DNA of 64,000 nucleotides from Deltaproteobacteria bacterium (GCA_005879535.1 VBKI01000064.1:52993-116992), one strand, 5' to 3'. Counted from the stretch's first letter, positions 54,323 to 63,599 are shown. The notes: generated from the letters alone by a model not told the origin. Numbers and translations: made by a program.

Positions 54323-55378
54323 TCAGAGGACGAGTGCGACTCGCACCGCGCGGCGCAGGCCGGCGAAGGGCAAGAGCCGCAGGGCCTCCTCGGGCGTGCA
54401 CCAGCGGTGCTCGTCGTGCTCGTCGGAGAGCGTCGGCTCACCCTCGACCCGCACCGCGAACGCCGTCTCTTGCGCGAACACCGGCGGAATGCGTCCTCCC
54501 AGCGCGAGCGAGTGCACGTAGCGCAGCTCGCGCAAGTCGGCGAGCAGCGGGGAGAAGCCGGTCTCTTCGTGCACCTCCCGCGCCGCCGTCTGCAGCGGGC
54601 TCTCGCCCGGTTCCATGCGCCCCGTCAGGATCTGCCAGAAGCCGCCGCGCGCGGCCGTGCGCCTGAGCAGGAGGACCCTGCCGTCGTCCCGCCGCAGCGT
54701 GACGCTGACCGTTCGCAATTCCGGCGGTACCTCGAAGACCTCCGTCTCCCAGACCTGGCCGGCCTTCAGCGCGAACACGTCCTCCACCTCGTGCAGCGGA
54801 GGCGCCTCGCCGAGCAGCGACTGCAGCGACGCCACGCTCGCATCCTGGATTCCGCACGGCACGATGGCGGAGAAGTCAGCGAGGTCGGTGCGGACGTTGA
54901 AGGCGAAACCGTGCGAGGTGATCCAGCGGGAGATGTGCACTCCGATGGCGCCGAGCTTGCCCGCGGGCGTCCAGACTCCGGTTCGCCCTGCGACCCGCGC
55001 GGCGCCGATGCCGTACTCCCCGGCGACGCGGATCATGATCTCCTCCAGCGACGCCACGTATTTGCGGACGTCCTTGCGGTCCGGCTTCAGGTCGACGACG
55101 GGGTAGCCCACGATCTGCCCGGGACCGTGGTAGGTCACGTCGCCCCCGCGATCCGTCTCGAACACCTCGAAGCCGCGGGAGGCGAGCAGCTCCGACGGCC
55201 AGAGGACGTTGTGCGCCTTCGCTCCCCGGCCCAGCGTGATCACCGGCGGGTGCTCGAGAAGCAGCAGCGTGTCCGGAACGAGGCCCCGGGCGCGCGCCTC
55301 GACCAGCAGCTTCTGCATGGCGAGGCCGTCCTCGTATTCGACGCGGCCGAGGCGGCGGACGTGCAACGCGCGGGTCAC
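54323..55378 (-). CDS. lipB: Octanoyltransferase LipB fused to a C-terminal Nudix hydrolase domain (NudB-like)
   Basis: LipB motifs are RGGDVTYHGPGQ, GKLGAIGV and VPCGI. In the same frame follows the Nudix box GRMEPGESPLQTAAREVHEETG, preceded by GRVLLLRR..GGFWQILTG. GTG start at 55378. The N-terminal 400 aa of ORF 54323..56584 are out-of-frame noise. Confidence 0.88.
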   Translation of the reverse strand: MTRALHVRRLGRVEYEDGLAMQKLLVEARARGLVPDTLLLLEHPPVITLGRGAKAHNVLWPSELLASRGFEVFETDRGGDVTYHGPGQIVGYPVVDLKPDRKDVRKYVASLEEIMIRVAGEYGIGAARVAGRTGVWTPAGKLGAIGVHISRWITSHGFAFNVRTDLADFSAIVPCGIQDASVASLQSLLGEAPPLHEVEDVFALKAGQVWETEVFEVPPELRTVSVTLRRDDGRVLLLRRTAARGGFWQILTGRMEPGESPLQTAAREVHEETGFSPLLADLRELRYVHSLALGGRIPPVFAQETAFAVRVEGEPTLSDEHDEHRWCTPEEALRLLPFAGLRRAVRVALVL

Positions 55379-55392
55379 ATCGGCAATTGTAG

Positions 55393-56457
55393 TCAGTGCG
55401 CCGTGCCGCTGCGCGGAGCCGGGGGACTTCGCAGCAGCTCCTCGCGTTGCTCGCGCAACGACCAGGGCGCGTTGGCGTAGACGTCGTCGAACAGCGATTC
55501 CCGCGGAGGATCCGGTTTCTTTTCCGCCTCGGCGATGGCGGCGTTCACCTGTTCGAGGACCTGGGCGCGCAGCTCGTCCTCCTTCTGCGCCGTCCACATC
55601 CCCCAGGCCTGCAGGCGCGACCGCATCAGCTCCAGCGGGTCGCGCTTCTTCCATCGCTCGACCTCGCGCTCGTCGCGGTAGCGCGTCGGATCGTCGGAAG
55701 AGCTGTGGGCGCCGATCCGGTAAGTCTCGCATTCGACCAGGGTGGGACCGCCTCCGTTGCGCGCCCGATCGACCGCCTCTTTCATCGCTCCGTAGACGGC
55801 GACGGCATCGTTTCCGTCGACCTTGACCCCGGGGAAGCCGTACGCATCCGCCTTCACGGCGATGGACTCGCTCGCGGTCTGCTTCGCGGTGGGCACGCTG
55901 ATCGCCCAGTGGTTGTTCTGGCAGATGAAGACCACGGGCGCCTTGAAGACGCCGGCGAAGTTCATGGCGACGTGGAAATCGCCCTCGCTGGTCGCCCCGT
56001 CGCCCATGTACGCCGCGATCACCGTCCGATCGCCCTTGATGCGCGCCGCCATGGCCGCTCCCACTGCCTGTGGAAGCTGGGTTCCGATGCAGCTCGACCA
56101 GCTCACCTGGTTGACGCTCTTCGAGGCCATGTGCGAGGGCATCTGCCGTCCCTTGGTCTCGTCGCCGGAGTTGCCGAAGATCTGGCAGAGGTACGGCACC
56201 AGCGGGAACCCTCTCAGCAGCATCGCCCCGCCTTCGCGAAGCGCCGGGAAGATCCAGTCGCTGGCTTCCAGCGCGATGGCGGAGGCGAGCGTGGCAGCCT
56301 CCTGACCGGTGCAGGCGCCGTAGAAGCCGACGCGGCCCTGCCGCTGCAGGGTCATCATCCGCTCGTCCAGCGTGCGCAGGCGGACCATCTCGCGGTAGAG
56401 GCGGAGGAGGACTTCGCGGGGCAACGGAGGCGTTTCGAGCTTGCGGGCGGGCTTCAT
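55393..56457 (-). CDS. 2-oxoacid (pyruvate/branched-chain) dehydrogenase E1 alpha subunit
   Basis: ThDP motif YMGDGATSEGDFHVAMNFAGV...VVFICQNNHWAIS and RIGAHSSSDD. Confidence 0.93.
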   Translation of the reverse strand: MKPARKLETPPLPREVLLRLYREMVRLRTLDERMMTLQRQGRVGFYGACTGQEAATLASAIALEASDWIFPALREGGAMLLRGFPLVPYLCQIFGNSGDETKGRQMPSHMASKSVNQVSWSSCIGTQLPQAVGAAMAARIKGDRTVIAAYMGDGATSEGDFHVAMNFAGVFKAPVVFICQNNHWAISVPTAKQTASESIAVKADAYGFPGVKVDGNDAVAVYGAMKEAVDRARNGGGPTLVECETYRIGAHSSSDDPTRYRDEREVERWKKRDPLELMRSRLQAWGMWTAQKEDELRAQVLEQVNAAIAEAEKKPDPPRESLFDDVYANAPWSLREQREELLRSPPAPRSGTAH

Positions 56458-56512
56458 GCGCGCGCAGATCTAGAGGAACCGCGACCCGCTCGCAACCGTG
56501 TACCATCGGCGG

Positions 56513-56833
56513 ATGCAAACCTTTGCCGAGTTCTGGCCCTTCTACCTGCGCGAGCATTCGCGTCCGACGACGCGCAGGTTGCACTTCGCCGGCACGACGC
56601 TATCGCTGGTGCTGCTGCTGAGCGCGCTGGCGTTGCGGAGCGGGTGGCTCGTACTGGCAGCGCTCGTCTGTGGGTACGCATTCGCCTGGGTCGGTCACTT
56701 CTTCGTCGAGCACAACCGGCCGGCCACGTTCAAGTACCCGCTCTGGAGCTTCGCAGCGGACTGGAAGATGTGGGCCCTCGCGTTCAGAGGGCGGCTCGGC
56801 GCGGAGCTGGCACGGGCGGGGGTGAAGCCCTGA
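56513..56833 (+). CDS. DUF962 (Mpo1-like) small membrane protein
   Basis: MQTFAEFWPFYLREHSRPTTRRLHFAGT...WVGHFFVEHNRPATFKYPLWSF. This is the DUF962/YGL010w-like signature, recalled from memory. A GTG at 56498 is an alternative start. Confidence 0.75.
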   Translation: MQTFAEFWPFYLREHSRPTTRRLHFAGTTLSLVLLLSALALRSGWLVLAALVCGYAFAWVGHFFVEHNRPATFKYPLWSFAADWKMWALAFRGRLGAELARAGVKP

Positions 56834-58156
56834 TCAGATCTGGTCGAGCAGCAGCAGCTCCGGCGCTTCCAGCGCGTGGATGACCTCGTACAGGAACGCA
56901 GCGCCGATGTGACCGTCGATCACCCGGTGATCGAACGAGCAGGAAAGGTTCATCCGCTCGGCGATCTCCACGCCCACGCTGCCGTCGCCGCGGCGGACCG
57001 GCCGGGCGTACTCCTTGATCTTGTGGATGCCGAGGATCGCGACTTCGGGATGCTTCACCACCGGCGTCGCCATCAGGCCGCCGTCCCTGCCCAGCGAGGT
57101 GATGGTGAACGTCGAGCCCTGCAGATCTTGGAGCTGCAGCTTCTGCTCGCGGGCCGCCTTGCCCAGTCGGTCGATCTCCGCTCCGATCTCCCGGATGGTC
57201 TTGCTGCGCACGTCCTTCACCACGAACACGGTGAGCCCCTGTTCGGTGGCGGCGCCAAAACCGAGGTTGACGTCCTTTTTCACCACCAGCGCCTGCTTCT
57301 CCTCGTCCATCACGGCGTTCAGCTCGGGGTACCTGGCGAACCCGTGGAGCAGCGCCTTGGCGATGAACGGCAGATAGCTCAGTTTCGCCTCGCCGCGCCG
57401 GGCGAGCTCCGCGTTGATACGCTCGCGCAGCGAAGTGAGCGCCGAGGTGTCGCACTCCTCCACGAAGGTGAACGGCACCACGTAGGTGTGGCTCTGCACC
57501 ATGCTCTTCGCGATGCTCTTGCGCAGCCCCCGCATCGGCCGCACCTCGTCCTGCGCCAGCGCCTGCATCCGTGGCGGGGGCGCCTGCGGCGGAGGACGCG
57601 ACTTGTTTTCCGCGTGAGCGAGCACGTCGGCCTTCATCACCCGGCCCTGCGGGCCAGAGCCCTGCAGAGCCGCCAGATCGACGCCCATCTCCCTTGCCAT
57701 CCGCCGCGTCACCGGAGTCGCGAGCACCTTGTGACCGTCGCCGTTGCGCGAGGCATGAGCGCTGGTCTGCGCGCCGTGCGCGGACGCGCCGGCCTGCGGT
57801 TGCGGGACGTTCGCCGTCTGCAGCGGCGCCGGCTGCCCCGCCTGCTGCGGCGACACGCTCGGCGCCGCTTGCGCCGGAACGCCAGAGGTTGGTGTGGCTT
57901 GAGCAGTTCCCTCGCCATCGAGGTCGAGCACCACGAGCGTCGAGTGCACCTTGGCGATGTCGCCTTCCTTGCCGACCGTCTCCACCACCTTCCCGCGCCG
58001 CGGGCTGGGGATCGTCACCGTGGCCTTGTCGGTCATCACTTCGACCAGCGGCTGGTCCTCCACGATCTGATCGCCGGGCTTCACCAGCCACTTGACGATC
58101 TCGCCCTCCACCACGCCTTCGCCGATGTCGGGCAGCTTGAACTCGAACTGGGCCAT
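56834..58156 (-). CDS. Dihydrolipoamide acyltransferase (E2), single lipoyl domain
   Basis: Lipoyl domain LPDIGEGVVEGEIVKWLVKPGD..LVEVMTDKATVTIPS, the E1/E3-binding segment ATPVTRRMAREMGVDL, and the catalytic SFDHRVIDG. Confidence 0.95.
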   Translation of the reverse strand: MAQFEFKLPDIGEGVVEGEIVKWLVKPGDQIVEDQPLVEVMTDKATVTIPSPRRGKVVETVGKEGDIAKVHSTLVVLDLDGEGTAQATPTSGVPAQAAPSVSPQQAGQPAPLQTANVPQPQAGASAHGAQTSAHASRNGDGHKVLATPVTRRMAREMGVDLAALQGSGPQGRVMKADVLAHAENKSRPPPQAPPPRMQALAQDEVRPMRGLRKSIAKSMVQSHTYVVPFTFVEECDTSALTSLRERINAELARRGEAKLSYLPFIAKALLHGFARYPELNAVMDEEKQALVVKKDVNLGFGAATEQGLTVFVVKDVRSKTIREIGAEIDRLGKAAREQKLQLQDLQGSTFTITSLGRDGGLMATPVVKHPEVAILGIHKIKEYARPVRRGDGSVGVEIAERMNLSCSFDHRVIDGHIGAAFLYEVIHALEAPELLLLDQI

Positions 58157-58157
58157 G

Positions 58158-59132
58158 TCAGGCCTCGTAGGCTTTCAGCTCGCGCAGCGACCGGAGGATG
58201 CGCGGCGCGAGCGGCAGATAGTCATTTTCCAGCGTGTAGGGGAACGGCGTGTCCCAGCCGGTGATGCGAGAGACGGGCGCTTGCAGCGAGGTGAAGCAAC
58301 GCTCCTGCACGAGGGCGCTGATCTCCGCGGCGAATCCACAGGTCTTCGGCGCTTCCTGCACGATGGCGCAGCGCCCGGTCTTGCGCACGCTGCGCGCCAG
58401 CGTCTCGATGTCGAGGGGCCAGAGCGTCCTCAGATCGATGAGCTCGGCATCGAGTTGCGGATCCTGCTCGACCGCCTGCTGCGCCTCGTGAAACATGGCG
58501 CCCCAGCCGATCACCGTCATGCCGCTGCCCTCGCGGACCACCTTCGCCTCGCCGATCGGGACCGTGTACTCGCCCTCCGGCACATCCCCGCGCGCGGCGC
58601 GGTAGACCCGCTTGGGCTCCATGAAGATGACCGGGTCGTCCTGGCGGATGGCGGAGATGAGCAAGCCCTTCGCGTCGATGGGGTTCGAGGGACAGAGCAC
58701 CTGAAGGCCGGGCGTGTGGATGAACAGCGCTTCCGGCGACTGCGAGTGGTAGTGGCCGCCCTTGATCCCGCCCCCCACCGGAGTGCGGATCACCACCGGC
58801 GCGGCGTACTGGCCGCCGCTCCGGTACCGGAGCTTCGCCAGCTCGTTCACGATCTGGTCGAAGGCCGGAAAGATGAAATCCGAGAACTGGATCTCGGGCA
58901 CCGGCCGCAGGCCATACATCGCCATCCCGATGGCGGCGCCGACGATCCCTGATTCGGCGAGCGGCGTGTCGATCACCCGATCGGCGCCGAACTCCTCGAT
59001 CAGTCCCACCGTGGCCCGGAAGACGCCGCCGAACTTCCCGACATCCTCGCCCAGCACCACGACGCGCGGATCGCGCCGCATCTCCATCCTCAGCGCGTCG
59101 TTGACCGCCTGAATGATGTTCCAGGCCGGCAT
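58158..59132 (-). CDS. 2-oxoacid dehydrogenase E1 beta subunit
   Basis: VVVLGEDVGKFGGVFRATVGL..FGADRVIDTPLAESGIVGAAIGMA. 1-nt gaps to both neighbours. Confidence 0.95.
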   Translation of the reverse strand: MPAWNIIQAVNDALRMEMRRDPRVVVLGEDVGKFGGVFRATVGLIEEFGADRVIDTPLAESGIVGAAIGMAMYGLRPVPEIQFSDFIFPAFDQIVNELAKLRYRSGGQYAAPVVIRTPVGGGIKGGHYHSQSPEALFIHTPGLQVLCPSNPIDAKGLLISAIRQDDPVIFMEPKRVYRAARGDVPEGEYTVPIGEAKVVREGSGMTVIGWGAMFHEAQQAVEQDPQLDAELIDLRTLWPLDIETLARSVRKTGRCAIVQEAPKTCGFAAEISALVQERCFTSLQAPVSRITGWDTPFPYTLENDYLPLAPRILRSLRELKAYEA

Positions 59133-59133
59133 C

Positions 59134-60045
59134 CTATCCGCCGTTCTCGACCCAGCGCTGGATGAAGTACTCGCCGGCCTTGTAGCTGGAGCGGACCAGC
59201 GGTCCGGCGGCGACCAAGCGGAAGCCGAGGGCCAGTCCCTCGCGTTCGAGGCGCGAGAACACCTCGGGTCGGACGAATTCCTCGACCGCGAGGTGCTTCT
59301 CGCTCGGCCGCAGGTACTGCCCGAGCGTGAGGATGTCGCAACCCACCGAGCGCAGATCGCGCATCGCGGTGATCACCTCGCCGTGCGTCTCGCCGAGCCC
59401 GAGCATGATGCTGCTCTTCGTCCGCATCCCGCGGCGCTTGTAGAAGTCGAGCACGTCGAGCGATTGGCGGTAGGTGGCGCGGCGGTCGCGGACGCGCGGA
59501 GTGAGCCGCTCGACGGTCTCGACGTTGTGCGCCGCGACCGTCGGCTGCGCATCGACGATCATCTGCAGCGCGTCGCGCGACCCCTGGAAGTCGGGGGTGA
59601 GCACTTCGACGAGCGTCTTCGGAGCCGCGCGCCGGAGCTCGACGATGGCCTGTGCGAAGTGGGAAGCCCCGCCGTCCTGGAGCTCGTCGCGGTTGACGCT
59701 CGTCACCACCAGGTAATCGAGCCCCAGGCGGCCCACCGCCTCGGCGAGGTGGCGCGGCTCGAGAGGATCGAGTGGCGCGGGTAGGCCGCTGCTCACGTCG
59801 CAGAAGCGGCAGCCGCGCGTGCAGACGTCGCCCATCAGCATGACGGTCGCCGTGCCGCCGCCCCAGCACTCGCCGACGTTGGGGCAGCTCGCCTCTTCGC
59901 AAACGGTATGCAGGTTCAGCTCGCGGAGCGTGCGCTTGACCTGCTCGTACCGGCCGCCGCCTGGCATGCGCACTCGCAGCCATTCCGGCTTGGGCTCCCG
60001 CCACTTGCGCGCGGCGCCGCCGAGCTGGATCAGCGAGTCGGCCAT
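59134..60045 (-). CDS. lipA: Lipoyl synthase
   Basis: CEEASCPNVGECW (auxiliary cluster) and CTRGCRFCDV (radical SAM cluster). Confidence 0.96.
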   Translation of the reverse strand: MADSLIQLGGAARKWREPKPEWLRVRMPGGGRYEQVKRTLRELNLHTVCEEASCPNVGECWGGGTATVMLMGDVCTRGCRFCDVSSGLPAPLDPLEPRHLAEAVGRLGLDYLVVTSVNRDELQDGGASHFAQAIVELRRAAPKTLVEVLTPDFQGSRDALQMIVDAQPTVAAHNVETVERLTPRVRDRRATYRQSLDVLDFYKRRGMRTKSSIMLGLGETHGEVITAMRDLRSVGCDILTLGQYLRPSEKHLAVEEFVRPEVFSRLEREGLALGFRLVAAGPLVRSSYKAGEYFIQRWVENGG

Positions 60046-60361
60046 GAGGCCGGCGGTATAACCGAAACCGCCCGGAACCGCGAGATGGGCCGATCAACAG
60101 GCTGCGAGAACGGCGCCGAGCACCAACCGGGCAACGCGCTGCGCAAGGCAACGCGCCTCAATGTTCGGCGTCACCCGGTCAGCCAGCCGATCTGCCAGCC
60201 GGCTCCGCGACAGCGAGCAGGAGCTGCCGGCGGAAACGGCCCTCTCCGCGGTGGCGACATGACCGGCGACGGATAATGCAAGTGCCGCAAATCCGGCAGC
60301 AAATCCCCGACGCCACGACGTTGCCTCGCTCATCGGAAGCCTCCCCGCGCCCGAGTTGAAC

Positions 60362-60388
60362 ATCCGGGAAGCGATATCCTTCCCGGAT
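60362..60388 (-). terminator. Perfect 10-bp-stem hairpin 7 nt downstream of the lpdA stop (atccgggaag-cgatatc-cttcccggat)
   Basis: Inverted repeat read directly from the sequence. No U-tract, which is a common situation in high-GC genomes. It may insulate lpdA from lipA. Confidence 0.45.
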
Positions 60389-60395
60389 AGTGTCC

Positions 60396-61826
60396 TTAGA
60401 TGTGCAGCGGTTTCCCGCGCACTCCCAGGGCGGCCTCGGTGAGGGCCTCGGAGAGGGTCGGGTGCGGCCGCATCACGTGCAGCATCTCCTCGCTGGTGGT
60501 CTCCAGCCTGAGGAGCGAGCAGGCGTCGGAGATCAGCTCGGTCGCGCGGGGACCCACGATGTGGACGCCGAGGACCTCGTCGTATTTCTCCTCGGCGACC
60601 ACCTTCACCATCCCTTCGGCCAGGTTCAGGATGCGCGCCTTCCCGTTCGCTGAAAACGGGAACGTGCCCACCTTGACCTTGTAGCCGCGTTCTTTCGCTC
60701 CCCTCTCCGTCAGGCCGATCGACGCCACCTCGGGCTCCGAGTACGTCGCTCCGGGCACCAGGTCGTAATTCACCGGATGCGGCTTCTTTCCCGCGAGCTT
60801 GTCGGCGACGAACTCGCCTTCCACGAACGCGAGGTGCGCGAGCTGGGGATGGGGTCGCCCGGGAATCGCGACGACGTCGCCGATGGCGGAGACCCAGCTC
60901 TCGCCGGTGAGCAGGGTGCTCGGGTCCACCAGGACGAAACCACGCTCCATCTTGATGGCCGCGAACTTCTCCAGCCCGACGTTCTCGCTCACCGGCCGGC
61001 GTCCGACGGCGCAGAGGAAGAGATCCGCCTCGAGGATCTCGGTACCCTTGGATGTCGTGACCGTCGCTTTCAGTCCGTTCGCGCCGACGTCCACCTTCTC
61101 CAGCTTCGCGTTGGTCAGCGACTTGATCCCACGCTTGCGGAACGCCTTCTCGAACTCGGTGGAGATGTCGTCGTCCTCGATGGGAAGCAGGCGCGGCAGC
61201 ATCTCCACCACCGTCACTTCGCTGCCGAACCGGCGGTACGCGCTGGCGAACTCGACGCCGACGGCGCCGGCGCCAAGCACGATCAACCGTTTCGGGACCA
61301 CGGTATTCGCCAGCAGCTCGTCGCTGGTCATCACCCGGGGCCCGAGAGTGAGGCCCGGGATCAGCCGGGGCGCCGACCCCGTGGCGACCAACACGTGCTT
61401 CGCCTCGATGATCTGCTCTTTGCCGTCGGCGCCGGTGACGGACACCTTGCCGGGGCCCGCCAGCCGCCCGTGTCCGTGCACGCGCTCGACCTTGTTCTTG
61501 CGGAAGAGGAATTCGATTCCCTTGCTGGACTTGTTGGCGACGTCTTCGCTGAACTTCCTCACGCCGTCCATGTCGAGCTCGACGCCGCTGGCGTTGACGC
61601 CGACGCTCGTGCCGTGCTTCGCCTCGTCATACACATCGGCGCTGTGGAGCACCGCCTTGGTGGGGATGCACCCCCGCAACGTGCAAGTGCCGCCGACGCG
61701 CGGATCCTTCTCGACGACCACGGTCTTGAGGCCGTTCTGGCCCGCGCGGATGGCGCAGACGTAGCCGCCGGGCCCGCTGCCGATGATCGCGAGATCGTAG
61801 GTCGCCACTGCCCGCCCTCCCTGCAC
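60396..61826 (-). CDS. lpdA: Dihydrolipoyl dehydrogenase (E3)
   Basis: YDLAIIGSGPGGYVCAIRAGQ and the redox-active GGTCTLRGCIPTK. The C-terminal interface HPTLSEAL is also present. Confidence 0.96.
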   Translation of the reverse strand: MQGGRAVATYDLAIIGSGPGGYVCAIRAGQNGLKTVVVEKDPRVGGTCTLRGCIPTKAVLHSADVYDEAKHGTSVGVNASGVELDMDGVRKFSEDVANKSSKGIEFLFRKNKVERVHGHGRLAGPGKVSVTGADGKEQIIEAKHVLVATGSAPRLIPGLTLGPRVMTSDELLANTVVPKRLIVLGAGAVGVEFASAYRRFGSEVTVVEMLPRLLPIEDDDISTEFEKAFRKRGIKSLTNAKLEKVDVGANGLKATVTTSKGTEILEADLFLCAVGRRPVSENVGLEKFAAIKMERGFVLVDPSTLLTGESWVSAIGDVVAIPGRPHPQLAHLAFVEGEFVADKLAGKKPHPVNYDLVPGATYSEPEVASIGLTERGAKERGYKVKVGTFPFSANGKARILNLAEGMVKVVAEEKYDEVLGVHIVGPRATELISDACSLLRLETTSEEMLHVMRPHPTLSEALTEAALGVRGKPLHI

Positions 61827-61928
61827 CGGCGCCCGCGGAGGCGGGCGCCGGAACGTTACCGTTGCAAAGAGGCGCGGTTGGTATCGCCCGCGGACTTGGA
61901 TGTCAACCGCGCTGCGGCCGCGAAACCG

Positions 61929-63500
61929 TCAGTGTTTTCCGAACAGAGCCTTCAGGCGCCCCGTGATGCCGCGCCCCAGCAGCGTCCGGTACACGCGCAG
62001 TCCGGTGCTCCAGGCGGACTTCGAGTACGGGTAGTACCAGAACGCAGGGAAATTCAGCCGCTCCAGGTTGACGTGGCGGACCTCGCTGAAGTCCCGCAGC
62101 GCGTGCTTGCCGTGGACCCGCCCGAGGCCGCTCGCCTTCACTCCGCCCCAGGGTGTCTCGGGGGCAGCGTGCGTGTACAGCGTGTCGTTGTGCATCACCG
62201 TACCCGCCGCGAGCTGGTTGGCGAGGCGCTCCGCCCGGGCCCGATCCTTCGTGAACACGTACGCCGAGAGCCCGTAACTCGAGTCGTTGGCCAGCCGGAC
62301 CGCGTCCTCCTCGGTGCGGAAGGTCATGATCGGGAGCATCGGCCCGAACGTCTCCTCCCGCACGATGGCCATGTCGGGCGTCGTGTCGGTCAGCACGGTG
62401 GGCTGCACGAAACGCGCGCCTTCTGGCGTCACCTCGATCCCGCCGCCGGCGAGGACCTTCGCTCCGCGCTGCCGGGCTTCCTCGAGGTGCCGCCGCACGA
62501 TCTCCACCTGCATCTGCGTTGTCATCGCGCCAACGTCGACGTCGTAGCCGTTGGGCTCGCCCTGGCGCAGCTTTTTCGCCAGCGCCACCACCTTCTCGGT
62601 AAACGGCTTCGCCACGTTCTCCTGGACGTAGACGCGCTCGACGGACGCGCAGGTCTGCCCGGAGTTGGCGAACGCGCCCCAGGCGACCTTCTTCGCGGCG
62701 GCATCGAGGTCGGCGTCGTCGAAAACGATCGCGGGGTCCTTGCCGCCGAGCTCGAGCACGCAGGGGATCATCTGCTCCGCGGCGGCGACGTTCACCTTGC
62801 GCCCGGTGGCGACCGACCCGGTGAACACGACCATCTGGACGCCGGAGCGGATCAGCTCAGCCCCGACGTCGCCCCTGCCCTGCACCACGCCGAAGAGCCC
62901 GCGCGGCAGACCGGCCTCCTCGAAAAGCGCTCGGGTCTTCTCCAGGATGATGGGGGTGAACTCGCTCGGCTTCACCACCACCCCGTTGCCCGCCATCAGC
63001 GCGGCGAGCGCATCGCCGACCGGGATCGAGAAAGGATAGTTCCACGGTGAGATGATCCCGATCACCCCTCGTGGGTACAACCGCAGGTACGACTTCTTGT
63101 GGGGAAAGAGGTGGAGGGAGATCTTCTCGTCGGCCAGCGCTTTCTCTGCATGGTTCGCGTACCAGTTCGCCGCGTCGGCGACAGGCAGCACCTCCATGAA
63201 GAGCGATTCGTTCCGCGTCTTGCCGTTCTCGCGCGTCAGGTGATCGCAGAATTCCTCGGCGCGCTGGAGCAGCAGATCCTTGAACCGAAGGATGACGGCA
63301 CGGCGGCCGGCGAACGGCTTGCGTCCCCACTCGGACTGCGCGGCCCGCGCCTGTTGCACGGTCCTTTGCACGTCATCGGCCGTGGCGACCCGCACTTCGC
63401 CGAGCAGGCGACCGCTTCCGGGTTCGTACACGGTGAGCGTGCCCTGCGGACTGACGGTTCCTTGCGCGGACCTGTGCGGGATCGCGATCGCCTCTGCCAT
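61929..63500 (-). CDS. NAD(P)-dependent aldehyde dehydrogenase family protein with a C-terminal extension
   Basis: The ATG at 63500 starts MAEAIAIP. FTGSVATGRKV, ELGGKDP, the catalytic Cys region NSGQTCASVERVYV, and EETFGP are present. Confidence 0.9.
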   Translation of the reverse strand: MAEAIAIPHRSAQGTVSPQGTLTVYEPGSGRLLGEVRVATADDVQRTVQQARAAQSEWGRKPFAGRRAVILRFKDLLLQRAEEFCDHLTRENGKTRNESLFMEVLPVADAANWYANHAEKALADEKISLHLFPHKKSYLRLYPRGVIGIISPWNYPFSIPVGDALAALMAGNGVVVKPSEFTPIILEKTRALFEEAGLPRGLFGVVQGRGDVGAELIRSGVQMVVFTGSVATGRKVNVAAAEQMIPCVLELGGKDPAIVFDDADLDAAAKKVAWGAFANSGQTCASVERVYVQENVAKPFTEKVVALAKKLRQGEPNGYDVDVGAMTTQMQVEIVRRHLEEARQRGAKVLAGGGIEVTPEGARFVQPTVLTDTTPDMAIVREETFGPMLPIMTFRTEEDAVRLANDSSYGLSAYVFTKDRARAERLANQLAAGTVMHNDTLYTHAAPETPWGGVKASGLGRVHGKHALRDFSEVRHVNLERLNFPAFWYYPYSKSAWSTGLRVYRTLLGRGITGRLKALFGKH

Positions 63501-63599
63501 GGGAGCCTCCGCGCGGGTTGGCGTACGCCCCCTGCCGCACGGTGTCAATCGATTCGGCCGCCGCGAAATTCGGATTTGACTTGGGTGGTTTACACCGCG

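Noticed and set aside
54323-56584. 753-aa ORF that would fuse the E1alpha region to LipB-Nudix.
   Set aside because: Its N-terminal 400 aa or so are an out-of-frame read of the E1alpha gene, whose real frame is 55393..56457. Recognisable LipB sequence begins only at GTG 55378, 14 nt after the E1alpha stop.
60094-60363. 89-aa minus-strand ORF in the 350-bp lpdA/lipA spacer.
   Set aside because: It has no motif, an Ala/Arg-rich composition typical of GC noise, and a start that abuts the lpdA terminator hairpin. Evidence is insufficient to call a gene, although the 350-bp gap itself is unusually long for this window.
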